Below are positions 36,101-46,135 of a stretch of 64,000 bases of DNA, one piece after another. The translations under genes and the position numbers were made by a program. Source of the stretch: Candidatus Acidiferrum sp. (GTDB taxonomy: Bacteria; Acidobacteriota; Terriglobia; Acidiferrales; UBA7541); assembly GCA_035622585.1 (NCBI GenBank), contig DASPVC010000060.1:119096-183095 (forward strand). Direction: 5' to 3'. Each line of letters begins with the position of its first letter. The stretch's first letter is position 1. The notes below the pieces were generated by a model that saw nothing but the letters and a program-made list of their open reading frames with translations, had not been told where the DNA came from and did no database searches.

Positions 36101-37744
36101 ATGGCAGCTAGCGCTAAGAGCCTCGATAGTTCCGCGCTCGACCACGCCACTCTCGCGGATGCGGTGGGGCTTCCTCGCGCTGCATGGCGTCCTGCTTTCA
36201 ACCCGTGGCTCATTGCCGTAGTGGTCGCAATGGCCGCGTTCATGGAGGTGCTCGATACGAGCATCGCCAACGTTGCGCTTCCGTACATGGCGGGGAACCT
36301 GGGGGTCAGCAACGACGAGAGCACCTGGGTGCTCACGTCGTATCTCGTGTCCAACGCGATCGTGCTGCCCATCAGCGGATGGCTCGTCACGGTCATGGGT
36401 CGCAAGCGGCTTTTCCTGATGTGTCTCGCCACTTTCACGGTGAGTTCGCTTCTGTGCGGTCTCGCCCCGAGCCTCGGCGCGTTGATTCTGTTTCGCGTCC
36501 TTCAGGGCGCGGGTGGCGGCGGACTTCAACCCTTGGCGCAATCCATCCTGGCGGATTCCTTCCCGCCCGAGAAACGCGGAATCGCATTTGCGGTTTACGG
36601 AATCACGGTGATCGTTGCACCGACAGTCGGCCCGACGTTGGGTGGCTGGATCACGGACAACTACACCTGGCGCTGGATCTTTTTCATCAACCTCCCGGTC
36701 GGCATTCTTACTTTGCTTCTGGTCCTTCGATTCGTGCAGGATCCGCCGTGGGCCAAACGCATCAAAGATGCGCTCGCGCAAATCGACTATGTTGGCATCT
36801 CTCTGCTCATCATCGGCGTCGGCGCATTGCAAGTGATGCTGGACAAGGGACAAGAGGATGACTGGTTCGGATCGCGTTTCATCGTGACCTTCTTCATTCT
36901 CGCCGCAGGGGGTTTGGTTTCTCTTTTCATTTGGGAGTGGCGGTTCTCCAAGAACGCGGTCGTCGACGTCCGCCTGTACAAGAACTTGAACTTCCTAGGT
37001 GCTAACGCAATGATGTTCACACTGGGCGTGATCTATTTTTCGAGTCTGGTCATCATGCCCCAGTTTCTCCAAACACTGATGGGCTACACCGCCGAAACGT
37101 CCGGGTTTGTGCTTTCCGGCGGATCCTTGGTGCTGCTTTTCACCATGCCCCTTATCGGCGTGCTTTCTTCCAAGTTTCAGGCGCGCTATCTCATCGCAAT
37201 CGGCTGGCTGAGTATCGCGGCCGGACTGTACTATTCGGCCCTGCACCTCGACCTCGACATCAGCTTTGGGGTTGCCAGCATCGTCCGCGTCGTGCAAGTC
37301 ATCGGTCTGCCTTTTTTGTTCGTTCCGATCAATCTGGTGACGTATGTGGGGCTGTCGACGGAAAAAAGCAGCAGCATCTCCGGCCTGATCAATTTCATGC
37401 GAAATATCGGCAGTAGCGTCGGCACTTCGCTCGTTACTACGCTGATTGCTCGCCGAGCGCAACGACACCAGATCGACTTGGTCGCAAATGTTACTGCGGG
37501 AGCTTCCACTCTCCATAGCGCAGTGGCAGGACTGTCGAGCCACTTGGCCACTTCCGGCGCGGACAGCGTGCGAGCCTTGAGGGAGGCTTACGCTGTGCTG
37601 TATCGTTCCACAATCGGCCAGGCCACGGTTTTGGCCTACATGGATACGTACGTGATCCTGGCTGTCGGAGCCGCGATCATGTTTGTGCTTTCCTTCGCGT
37701 TGAGGAAGAATGAGCTGGGCGGGCGGCGCATCGTCGTGGACTAG
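36101..37744 (+). CDS. MFS transporter, DHA2 (EmrB/QacA) 14-TM drug-efflux subfamily
   Basis: FMEVLDTSIANVALP, GRKRLF and LQGAGGGGL motifs. 547 aa, multi-TM. Confidence 0.88.
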   Translation: MAASAKSLDSSALDHATLADAVGLPRAAWRPAFNPWLIAVVVAMAAFMEVLDTSIANVALPYMAGNLGVSNDESTWVLTSYLVSNAIVLPISGWLVTVMGRKRLFLMCLATFTVSSLLCGLAPSLGALILFRVLQGAGGGGLQPLAQSILADSFPPEKRGIAFAVYGITVIVAPTVGPTLGGWITDNYTWRWIFFINLPVGILTLLLVLRFVQDPPWAKRIKDALAQIDYVGISLLIIGVGALQVMLDKGQEDDWFGSRFIVTFFILAAGGLVSLFIWEWRFSKNAVVDVRLYKNLNFLGANAMMFTLGVIYFSSLVIMPQFLQTLMGYTAETSGFVLSGGSLVLLFTMPLIGVLSSKFQARYLIAIGWLSIAAGLYYSALHLDLDISFGVASIVRVVQVIGLPFLFVPINLVTYVGLSTEKSSSISGLINFMRNIGSSVGTSLVTTLIARRAQRHQIDLVANVTAGASTLHSAVAGLSSHLATSGADSVRALREAYAVLYRSTIGQATVLAYMDTYVILAVGAAIMFVLSFALRKNELGGRRIVVD

Positions 37745-37771
37745 CCGCGGAATCGATCTGGAGAATCATCC

Positions 37772-38434
37772 GTGATTCGAGTGATCACGATCGAGCGCGA
37801 ATACGGCAGCGGCGGTGCAGAGATCGCGAGAAAGGTCGCGGACCGGCTTGGCTGGAAGCTCTGGGACCAGGCGTTGACGAACGAAATCGCGTCCGTTATG
37901 GAATGTGATTGCCGAGTGGTTGAGGAGCGCGCCGAGAAGCGTGATCCATTGCACTATCGTTTGTTCAGGGCCTTCATGCGTGGCAGTTTCGAAGGCAGCC
38001 TCAATGCTCCGCGGCTCAAAATGGCGGATGCCGATTGCATCCGGGAAGTGACCGAGCGCGTAGTAAAGCGCGTGGCCGAGCAGGGCAATTGCGTGATCGT
38101 GGGGCGCGGGTCAGCTTACTACCTGCAGAACCGGCAGGATGCGTTTCACGTGTTCGTGTACGCTCCGGTAGAAGAAAAGATCCAGCGCCTTCGAGAAGGC
38201 GGGAAAAGCGCACAGGAAGCCGCGCAACTCGTCGAAACTGTGGACCGTGATCGCGGAGCCTTCATAAAACAATACTTTGGCGTCGAATGGCCCGATCGTC
38301 ACCGCTTCGATCTCATGATTAACTCAACGATTGGCGAAGACGGTGTCGTCGAGGCGATTTTGGATGGCGTCCTGCGACTGGAAAAGCGTGGAACGGCGTC
38401 GACATCATCGAATCCGCAGCACGCCGTGCGATAG
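37772..38434 (+). CDS. Cytidylate-kinase-like family protein (P-loop NTPase)
   Basis: ITIEREYGSGGAEIARKVADRLGW is typical of the 'cytidylate kinase-like family'. GTG start. Confidence 0.7.
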   Translation: MIRVITIEREYGSGGAEIARKVADRLGWKLWDQALTNEIASVMECDCRVVEERAEKRDPLHYRLFRAFMRGSFEGSLNAPRLKMADADCIREVTERVVKRVAEQGNCVIVGRGSAYYLQNRQDAFHVFVYAPVEEKIQRLREGGKSAQEAAQLVETVDRDRGAFIKQYFGVEWPDRHRFDLMINSTIGEDGVVEAILDGVLRLEKRGTASTSSNPQHAVR

Positions 38435-38618
38435 TCCGCGTAGACCTTGCCGGGTGCAGGCCGTATCGCGCGCTTTCTCCTTCAGGAACACCGGGATCCT
38501 CTCCGCATCGGCGAAGGTGCATCTCATGCTCCGCATCAATTGGTTGGCATTCAATCACAATCCCTTTGCCTTCAATCGCTGGCAACGTTAGCTGAGCGTG
38601 ATTGCAGCCACGCGACGG

Positions 38619-38634
38619 CGTGACACGCGTCACA
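38619..38634. promoter_or_regulatory. CRP-type box cGTGA-CACGCG-TCACA
   Basis: 9/10 match to TGTGA-N6-TCACA, centred about 54 nt upstream of the USP ATG (38681). Confidence 0.45.
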
Positions 38635-38680
38635 GCACCCCCTTCGCAACTCCTGCAACCTATTACGTAGGAGGCGCGAC

Positions 38681-39571
38681 ATGAAGGCCGCCGTAGCAAC
38701 TCCCGGCATCGCCGTCAAAGCGATTCTCTTCGCAACCGATTTTTCGGATGCAGCCAAAAGAGCACAGTCTTATGCCACCGGATTGGCCAATCGGTTTCGG
38801 GCCAGACTCGTGGTCGTCCACGCAAACGAACCGCCCAATTATGGCCTTCGCCCCGAAAACTGGCGCGCCGCAAACGAAGCCTCGGCCGCCCAAATGAAGG
38901 ACCTTCGGGAAACGCTCGAAACGAATTTTCCCGGCTTCGAAAGTGACTTCTGCGTGGGCGAAGGGAACGCCTGGCAAGTGGTCGAATCGGTGCTCATGAA
39001 AGACAAGATCGACCTGATCGTGCTCGGCACGCGTGGCCGGACCGGCGTTGGAAAACTGCTGCTTGGGTCACAAGCGGAGGAAATTTTCCGTCACGCTCCG
39101 TGCCCGGTATTGACCGTCGGTCCAAACTCGCAGCAGATGACAGGCAAAGAAAACGAGTTAGCCGAAATTCTCTACGCGACCGACTTCAGCCCGGAGTCTC
39201 AGGCGGCCGCACCGTATGCTGTTGGCATGGCACTGTCCCTACAGGCGCATTTGAACCTTCTGCACGTCGTAGAAGAACCGAAGACCAGCGAGCTGCTGCG
39301 CCCGGAGGAAGTGGTCACGTCGTCGGAGCGCCTTCTCCGCAGTTTGATCCCCGAGGATGCAAAGTTCTGGCGCGAGCCGCGTTGTTTCGCCGAGCGAGGA
39401 GCGCCGGCAGAGAGGATTCTCGAAGTGGCCGAGCGAGTGCACGCGGGATTGATCGTGCTGGGGGTTCGGAAGCCCGCGGGCGTGCCCGGCGCAGCAACGC
39501 ACCTGGGGGTCGGCGTAGCGCACAAGGTGGTGTCCGCAGCGACTTGTCCGGTTCTAACGGTGCGTGGTTAA
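38681..39571 (+). CDS. Tandem-domain universal stress protein
   Basis: Two UspA domains. ILFATDFS, LIVLGTRGRTGVGKLLLGSQAEEI and CPVLTV, with a repeat in the second half. Confidence 0.88.
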   Translation: MKAAVATPGIAVKAILFATDFSDAAKRAQSYATGLANRFRARLVVVHANEPPNYGLRPENWRAANEASAAQMKDLRETLETNFPGFESDFCVGEGNAWQVVESVLMKDKIDLIVLGTRGRTGVGKLLLGSQAEEIFRHAPCPVLTVGPNSQQMTGKENELAEILYATDFSPESQAAAPYAVGMALSLQAHLNLLHVVEEPKTSELLRPEEVVTSSERLLRSLIPEDAKFWREPRCFAERGAPAERILEVAERVHAGLIVLGVRKPAGVPGAATHLGVGVAHKVVSAATCPVLTVRG

Positions 39572-39626
39572 TTTGAGCGCGCCGCAAAGAGTTTCATCGA
39601 GGGTCGAGGCGAGGAGGAGGTGGGCC

Positions 39627-40526
39627 ATGGCTGGAGTCCAAACCGGTTCTCGAGTTGTTCTCAAAAACGTACTGTACCTGACAGATTTTTCGGAGCCCTC
39701 AGAGGCGGCTCTGCCCTTTGCGTCGTCAATCGCTCGTGAGTACGGCGCGAAAGTGTACGCGTATCACGTGCTCATCCCGGCGACCTACACCTACACGACG
39801 CCCGAGTTGACTGCGGCAGCGATCGAAGGGCAGGAGGAGGCCGCACTGGCAAACATGCAGCGCGTGGACGCACACCTCTCCGGTCTGCCGCACGAGACAA
39901 TTGTCGAGCGCGGGACGGGAATCTGGTCTTCACTCGAGCAAGCCATGAAAGACTATGAAATCGACCTGATCGTGCTGGGAACCCATGGACGTACGGGAGC
40001 GCAGAAGCTTCTGATGGGTTCCGTCGCCGAAGAAGTCTTCCGCCGCTCACACGTTCCGGTGCTGACCATCGGCCCGGGCGAGCGTCGCGGTGCGCATCGA
40101 GGCGCGCGATTCCGCCACGTGCTTTTTGCGACGGATTTCAGTGCTGAGGCCCTTGCCGCAGCACCGTATGCCCTGTCGATGGCCCAGGAGAATGAGGCAC
40201 GGCTCACCTTGTTGCACGTAATGAAAGAGCCTGAGACCAAGCCGTTCGACAAAGCCACCGAGGACGCGATATCGAGCGCCCTATTCCAGCTGCATGAAAT
40301 CGTGCCGGAGACAGCTGAATCCTGGTGCCGCCCCGAGGCGGTCGTCGAGTTCGGAAATGCAGCCGAGCAGATCTTGAAGACCGCAATGGAACGCGGCGCG
40401 GACTTGATCGTTCTCGGCGTTCGCGGTGGTCGGGGAGTGCCAGGCGCCGCTACGCATCTCGAGCGGGCTACCGCTCACAAGGTCGTGGTGCACGCCCTCT
40501 GCCCGGTGCTGACGGTCCGCGGATGA
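39627..40526 (+). CDS. Tandem-domain universal stress protein
   Basis: [44 protein letters not shown] and VPVLTI; the second domain ends CPVLTVRG. Confidence 0.88.
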   Translation: MAGVQTGSRVVLKNVLYLTDFSEPSEAALPFASSIAREYGAKVYAYHVLIPATYTYTTPELTAAAIEGQEEAALANMQRVDAHLSGLPHETIVERGTGIWSSLEQAMKDYEIDLIVLGTHGRTGAQKLLMGSVAEEVFRRSHVPVLTIGPGERRGAHRGARFRHVLFATDFSAEALAAAPYALSMAQENEARLTLLHVMKEPETKPFDKATEDAISSALFQLHEIVPETAESWCRPEAVVEFGNAAEQILKTAMERGADLIVLGVRGGRGVPGAATHLERATAHKVVVHALCPVLTVRG

Positions 40527-40551
40527 AGCAAGAAAACTTGTAAAAAACCGC

Positions 40552-43332
40552 ATGGCCGCCGATATTGTAGGCGTGAGTTCACCAAGCCTGCCTCGAGAAG
40601 CCAAATCCTCACCGCTCGGCGGCACCGCAGCCCGCCGAGCGTCGCTCGACGCCATATTCCAGCCTCGCTCGGTCGCCGTCATCGGGGCGACGGACCGTGA
40701 AGGCAGCGTTGGCCGGGCGACGCTCGTCAATCTGATTGGCGTTTCTTTTCCAGGAAGGATTTACCCGGTTAATCCGCACCGGTCCGAAATTCTGGGCCGC
40801 CGCTCCTTCCAGAAAATCGGCGACATTCCCGAAGCCGTCGATCTCGCTGTTATTGTGACGCCCGCCGCAACCGTTCCTGCCATTGTGGGCGAGTGCATCG
40901 CCGCGGGCGTCAAAGGAGCGGTGGTTATCTCGGCCGGATTCCGCGAGCACGGAGCGCAAGGGCTGGCTCTGGAACGCGAAATTTCCGAACAGCTTCGCCG
41001 GGATCGCCTGCGAGTCGTTGGCCCGAATTGCCTCGGAGTCATGAATCCCGTCATCGGACTGAACGCAACCTTCGCGCAGACCATCGCGCGGCCGGGCAAT
41101 GTGGCGTTTCTCAGCCAGAGTGGCGCGCTCCTGACGGCGATTCTCGATTGGAGCCTGCGCGAACAGGTTGGATTCAGCGCGTTCGTATCGACCGGATCGA
41201 TGCTCGACGTCGGATGGGGCGACCTGATCGACTACTTCGGAGACGATCCAAACACGCAGAGCATTTTGATCTACATGGAGTCGGTCGACGACGCGCGCTC
41301 GTTTCTTTCCGCGGCGCGAGCCGTGGCGATGAGCAAGCCGATCATCGTTATCAAAGCTGGCCGCAGCGAAGCCGCATCGAAAGCGGCGTCCTCGCACACC
41401 GGCGCACTGACCGGCAGCGACGAAGTGTTCGACGCCGTTTTGCGGCGCTGCGGGGTGCTGCGCGTGCAAAGTATTTCGGACGTCTTCTACATGGCGGAGG
41501 TCCTGAGCAAGCAGCCGCGTCCCCGCGGGCCGCGCCTTGTGATCGTCACCAATGCGGGAGGGCCGGCGGTGCTCGCGACAGACGCGCTCGTCGCAGAAGG
41601 CGGCGAAGTCGCGTCTCTCTCCGACGCGTCCCGGAAGGCGTTGGACGATCTCCTGCCGCCGTTTTGGAGCCATGGGAATCCGATCGATGTTCTTGGCGAC
41701 GCGGATCCGGAGCGGTACGCCCGGGCTATCGAAATCGCGATAAAGGATCCGGGCAGCGACGGTCTGCTGGCAATTCTTGCACCGCAAGGAATGACCGATC
41801 CCGCGGGCGTTGCGCGGCGCCTGGGGCCTTACGCGCGGGATCACGGCAAACCGCTGCTTGCGAGCTGGATGGGCGGAAAATACGTTGAACCTGGCGAGGT
41901 GACGCTCAACGCGTCCGGAATTCCTACCTTTGCCTATCCAGACACCGCCGCGCGCGTCTTCGTGAATATGTGGCGCTATTCCTATCATCTTAGGGGACTC
42001 TACGAAACGCCGACGATTGCGGACGATCCGAGCGTGGCAGCCGAGCGAGTGCGCAAAGGACGCGAAATCCTCTCTTTGGTTTTGGCACAAGGGCGCACGC
42101 TGCTCACCGAAGTGGAATCGAAACAGGTCTTGGCTCTCTATGACATTCCCACGGTCACGACGAAGGTGGCGCGAAACCCGGACGAAGCCGTAGCGGTCGC
42201 GCGCGAAATCGGGTTTCCCGTCGTCCTCAAGCTGCACTCCCGAAAGATCACGCACAAGACAGATGTGGGCGGCGTGAAGCTCGACCTGGCCGATGCGGAC
42301 GCGGTCAGAAAAGCGTACGGTGAGATCCAGAAGAGCGTCACTTCACTGGCTGGCGCGGATAGCTTCGAAGGCGTGACGGTGCAGCCCATGGTACGACTCG
42401 AGGGATACGAGCTGATCCTGGGCAGCAGCGTCGATCCGCAGTTTGGTCCCGTGCTGCTGTTCGGCTCAGGGGGACAACTTGTGGAAGTCTATCGCGACCG
42501 CGCGCTCGGCTTACCGCCGCTCAATACGACGCTGGCGCAGCGCTTGATGGAACAAACAAAGATCTATAGCGCGCTAAAAGGAGTTCGCGGGCGGAAGCCG
42601 GTGAATCTGGACGAACTCGAGCGCATATTGGTCCGTTTCAGCTACATGCCCATCGAACTATCGCGCATCAAGGAAATCGACATTAATCCCCTTGTCGCGT
42701 CCGCCGACAGGCTCTCGGCGCTGGATGCTCGCATCGTGCTGTTCGACACCAGTGTGCCGGACTCGGCCCTGCCGCGTCCGGCCATCCGACCCTACCCCAG
42801 TCAGTATGTGTCTCGCTGGAAGATGAAAGATGGCCGCGATGTTCTGATTCGGCCGATCCGGCCCGAGGACGAGCCTCTCATGCGGAGCTTTCACCAATCG
42901 CTTTCCGCGCAAACCGTGTATCTGCGCTATTTCCACATGGAGGCGCTCAGCGCGCGCGTCGCACACGAGCGCCTGCTGCGGAAGTGCTTCATTGACTACG
43001 ACCGCGAGATGGCGCTCGTCGCCGAAGCAGTTGATCCGGCAACACATGAGCGCAAGATCCTGGGCGTCGGGCGGCTGGCGCGCCAGCGCGACCCCTTGGA
43101 GGGCGAAGTCGCCGTCTTGATTGAGGACCATTCCCAGAATCTTGGATTGGGCACCGAGTTGCTGCGCCTCTTGATTGAACTGGCCCGCGACGAGGGCTAT
43201 GCGCGTATTGTCGCCCACGTGCTGCCGGAAAACACGACCATGCGCAGACTCGCCGAACGCTTCCATTTCGAGATCCAACCGCATGAAGACCCCTCGCAGG
43301 TCGTCTCAGTCCTGAATATTAAACACGCCTAA
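40552..43332 (+). CDS. Pat-type bifunctional protein: ADP-forming acetyl-CoA synthetase-like (CoA-binding + ATP-grasp) fused to a C-terminal GNAT acetyltransferase
   Basis: 926 aa. CoA-binding [21 protein letters not shown], an ATP-grasp region, and a GNAT tail ([27 protein letters not shown]). Confidence 0.85.
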   Translation: MAADIVGVSSPSLPREAKSSPLGGTAARRASLDAIFQPRSVAVIGATDREGSVGRATLVNLIGVSFPGRIYPVNPHRSEILGRRSFQKIGDIPEAVDLAVIVTPAATVPAIVGECIAAGVKGAVVISAGFREHGAQGLALEREISEQLRRDRLRVVGPNCLGVMNPVIGLNATFAQTIARPGNVAFLSQSGALLTAILDWSLREQVGFSAFVSTGSMLDVGWGDLIDYFGDDPNTQSILIYMESVDDARSFLSAARAVAMSKPIIVIKAGRSEAASKAASSHTGALTGSDEVFDAVLRRCGVLRVQSISDVFYMAEVLSKQPRPRGPRLVIVTNAGGPAVLATDALVAEGGEVASLSDASRKALDDLLPPFWSHGNPIDVLGDADPERYARAIEIAIKDPGSDGLLAILAPQGMTDPAGVARRLGPYARDHGKPLLASWMGGKYVEPGEVTLNASGIPTFAYPDTAARVFVNMWRYSYHLRGLYETPTIADDPSVAAERVRKGREILSLVLAQGRTLLTEVESKQVLALYDIPTVTTKVARNPDEAVAVAREIGFPVVLKLHSRKITHKTDVGGVKLDLADADAVRKAYGEIQKSVTSLAGADSFEGVTVQPMVRLEGYELILGSSVDPQFGPVLLFGSGGQLVEVYRDRALGLPPLNTTLAQRLMEQTKIYSALKGVRGRKPVNLDELERILVRFSYMPIELSRIKEIDINPLVASADRLSALDARIVLFDTSVPDSALPRPAIRPYPSQYVSRWKMKDGRDVLIRPIRPEDEPLMRSFHQSLSAQTVYLRYFHMEALSARVAHERLLRKCFIDYDREMALVAEAVDPATHERKILGVGRLARQRDPLEGEVAVLIEDHSQNLGLGTELLRLLIELARDEGYARIVAHVLPENTTMRRLAERFHFEIQPHEDPSQVVSVLNIKHA

Positions 43333-43388
43333 CAAATTGCTCGTTTGCTGCCGATACGCAATTAATGAGTGACCTGGACGCGGTCGAT

Positions 43389-43404
43389 TGTGATTAGCGT
43401 CACA
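43389..43404. promoter_or_regulatory. Perfect CRP-type box TGTGA-TTAGCG-TCACA
   Basis: 10/10 match to TGTGA-N6-TCACA in the 43333-43456 intergenic region. Confidence 0.5.
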
Positions 43405-43456
43405 GCGAATGTGCCGATCGGTGCGGCATAACGCGCTCGAACTGGGGGAGAGGCCG

Positions 43457-43909
43457 GTGAAGTGCGATCGCCAAAAGCTCGCAAGTGTCCTCAAATCAGA
43501 GCTTACGTTTCTTGAGAGCGGCGGATATCGTTACGAACCCGCGTCGCGGTGGCGCGCAACATTGATCTTCGAAGACTCTCCCATCTGCCTGAACTATCAC
43601 CTTTCTTCCGATCGCCGCCCGTGTGACGAGTGTGTGTTGATGCAGTTTGTACCGGGCGAATATAGGCTCAAGAAGGTTCCATGCAGGTACGTCCCCTTGA
43701 ACAGCCAAGGGGAAACGCTCGATTCTCTGTATCGATCTGGCACTCAGGAGGAGGTGGAAACCGCCGTCACAGCCTGGTTGAAAGGCATGATACGCGATCT
43801 GGAGTCCGCAGGTGACCGTAGTCCCGCCAGAAAATTTTGCGCTGCGGCAGAGACGTTCGATGCATCAAAGAAATTGGCGGCAGCCAATCTGAGGGGAGGC
43901 CAGGGATGA
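43457..43909 (+). CDS. Hypothetical Cys-containing protein
   Basis: GTG at 43457 follows GGGGAGAGG. The ORF-track start (43409) would abut the CRP box. Contains PCDECVLMQF...CRY. Confidence 0.5.
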   Translation: MKCDRQKLASVLKSELTFLESGGYRYEPASRWRATLIFEDSPICLNYHLSSDRRPCDECVLMQFVPGEYRLKKVPCRYVPLNSQGETLDSLYRSGTQEEVETAVTAWLKGMIRDLESAGDRSPARKFCAAAETFDASKKLAAANLRGGQG

Positions 43910-44160
43910 TAACAAAGTGCGCGAATCCCAACTGCTCGGCCGCATTCGATCACCGGGAAGGCAGGTTGTTTCGCTTTCCGAAGAGCCCAAGCAAGGAAGG
44001 TTGTCCAGCCAACACGCACGCAGTCCAGCATTTTTGGTTATGCGCGACCTGCTTCCAGACCTATTCATTGGAATACCACGACGGTCTGGGAGTCGCCATC
44101 ACGCGGCAGTTTGAGAGAGTCGCCACTGCCACGAGTCGCAGATTTATTGCTGCGGCTTGA
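43906..44160 (+). CDS. Small zinc-ribbon-like protein (CxxC...CxxC)
   Basis: MITKCANPNCSAAFDHREGRLFRF...FWLCATCF. The ATG overlaps the upstream stop (ATGA). Confidence 0.55.
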   Translation: MITKCANPNCSAAFDHREGRLFRFPKSPSKEGCPANTHAVQHFWLCATCFQTYSLEYHDGLGVAITRQFERVATATSRRFIAAA

Positions 44161-44381
44161 AATTCACCGACCGTAGCGGTCTTCTCCTGCCTACGCCCCA
44201 CCGGACCGGTTCGTGCGTCGTCGCGCTGAGCGCACACCAGATGTGCGCGCGCAAACCAACTAGCGCTTGCGCGAGCGGTTGCGGGATGAATAGACTCATC
44301 TTCGTGTCCGATTGATTCAAAGCCATCTGGAAAAGGCCTATCACCTCGCCGTGCGGTGATAGTTTCATTCCATAGTCGCGG

Positions 44382-46127
44382 GTGACCAGCGTGGAGCAGC
44401 ATGCCGAAATCCTGATCGGGAAGCCATGGCGACAACGAATCCCTGGCTGGCACGACGTAGTCGCCATGCTGTTGTTGGTCGCCGTAATTGTCTTGCTGGG
44501 TTCCGGCGGCCGCCAGATGGTTGCTCCATTTGCGCTGGCGCAGCAGCCAACGATTTCCCTTTCACCGTCCGTTCTGCCGGGCTATGCCCTCCGCACCACG
44601 ATGCGGATGCTCGCAGCTCTGGTCGCCTCGCTGATTTTCACATTCACGTACGCAACTGCCGCAGGGAAAAGTCGCCGGGCGGAAATGGTCCTCATCCCGC
44701 TGCTCGACGTGCTGCAGTCGGTTCCCGTGCTCGGGTATCTGTCGTTCACCGTTGTCTTCTTCGTTTCGTTATTTCCGGGCAGTTCGTTGGGACCGGAGCT
44801 CGCGGCGATCTTCGCAATCTTCACGAGCCAGGCCTGGAACATGGCCTTCAGCTTTTATCAGGGGCTGCGAACGATTCCAATCGACTTGGACGAAGCGAGC
44901 CGTGCTTTCCAGCTGTCGGCCTGGCAGCGTTTTTGGCGCTTGGAAACTCCTTTCGCGATGCCGGGACTCGTGTGGAACATGATGATGTCGATGTCGGGCG
45001 GTTGGTTCTTCCTGGTGGCATCTGAAGCCATCTCGGTCGGCTCGATTCAGGTCACCCTTCCCGGAGTCGGTTCCTACGTCGCTCTGGCAATTGAGCAACG
45101 CGACCTTCGAGCTATCGGATGGGCGATCGTGGCCATGACGGTCACCATTGTGCTGTACGATCAGCTTCTCTTTCGCCCGATGGTCGCTTGGGCCGACAAG
45201 TTCCGCTTTGAGCAGACAGCCGCTGTGACGGTTCCCCGAAGTTGGGTTCTTGATGTATTCCGCCAATCGCCATTGCTTACCGCGATGGGCACCCCGCTCA
45301 TGACGGGCATGGAGGTGCTCGCCCGGTCCCGATTTTCTTTTCCGAGAAAAATTCGCTGGCCTCATCCCATGCGCGCACACCAGCGGCTTGGTGATGTAGC
45401 CTGGCTGGCTCTGATTGCTATGGTGCTGGCGTACGTCGGATGGAAGCTCGCCGAATTTGCTCGCCCTACGCTGACGTGGGCCGACCTCGGGGACGTGACG
45501 GCTAACGGCGCTCTCACGCTTCTGCGTGTCGTCATCTTGATCATCCTCGCTTCCGTGATCTGGGTTCCCATCGGGGTCGCCGTGGGCCTCCGGCCCCGGC
45601 TCGCCGAGAAGGTTCAGCCCCTCGCGCAGTTTCTGGCGGCCTTTCCCGCGAATTTGCTCTTCCCGATTGCGGTGTTTCTGATCGTGCGATACCAGCTCAC
45701 GCCCAAGATCTGGCTGAGCACACTGATGATCCTTGGGACGCAGTGGTACATTCTTTTCAACGTGATCGCCGGAGCGACGGCGTTTCCGAGCGACTTGCGC
45801 GAATGCGCCACGAGCTTTGGCGTACGAGGCTGGCGGTGGTGGAGGGAAGTCATGCTGCCCGGAGTTTTTCCATACTACGTGACAGGCGCGATCACCGCCT
45901 CGGGAGGCGCTTGGAATGCGAGCATCGTCTCAGAAGCGGTCAGTTGGGGCTCGCAGCACATCAGCGGACTCGGGCTCGGCGCGTACATCGCAGACAAGAC
46001 AGCGGCCGGCGACTACCCGCGAATTGCCCTGGGAGTCGCGGTCATGTCCGTCATCGTCATAAGCCTGAACCGATTAATCTGGCGCCCGCTCTACGCTCTC
46101 GCTGAAAGACGTACACGTCTCGACTGA
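44382..46127 (+). CDS. ABC transporter permease, duplicated/fused (NitT/TauT-like)
   Basis: 581 aa with two permease halves, each about 6 TM. EAA-like loops: DEASRAFQLSAWQRFWRLETP and ECATSFGVRGWRWWREVMLP. Confidence 0.8.
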   Translation: MTSVEQHAEILIGKPWRQRIPGWHDVVAMLLLVAVIVLLGSGGRQMVAPFALAQQPTISLSPSVLPGYALRTTMRMLAALVASLIFTFTYATAAGKSRRAEMVLIPLLDVLQSVPVLGYLSFTVVFFVSLFPGSSLGPELAAIFAIFTSQAWNMAFSFYQGLRTIPIDLDEASRAFQLSAWQRFWRLETPFAMPGLVWNMMMSMSGGWFFLVASEAISVGSIQVTLPGVGSYVALAIEQRDLRAIGWAIVAMTVTIVLYDQLLFRPMVAWADKFRFEQTAAVTVPRSWVLDVFRQSPLLTAMGTPLMTGMEVLARSRFSFPRKIRWPHPMRAHQRLGDVAWLALIAMVLAYVGWKLAEFARPTLTWADLGDVTANGALTLLRVVILIILASVIWVPIGVAVGLRPRLAEKVQPLAQFLAAFPANLLFPIAVFLIVRYQLTPKIWLSTLMILGTQWYILFNVIAGATAFPSDLRECATSFGVRGWRWWREVMLPGVFPYYVTGAITASGGAWNASIVSEAVSWGSQHISGLGLGAYIADKTAAGDYPRIALGVAVMSVIVISLNRLIWRPLYALAERRTRLD

Positions 46128-46135
46128 AACGGCAA

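Noticed and set aside
38580-38594. Sigma54-like TGGCAACGTTAGCTG upstream of the first USP. A similar TGGCATCACTCAGCA lies at 57078-57092 upstream of glgP.
   Set aside because: The GC of the -12 element is displaced by 2 nt in the first case and 1 nt in the second, relative to the strict GG-N10-GC spacing. Neither is a canonical sigma54 promoter.
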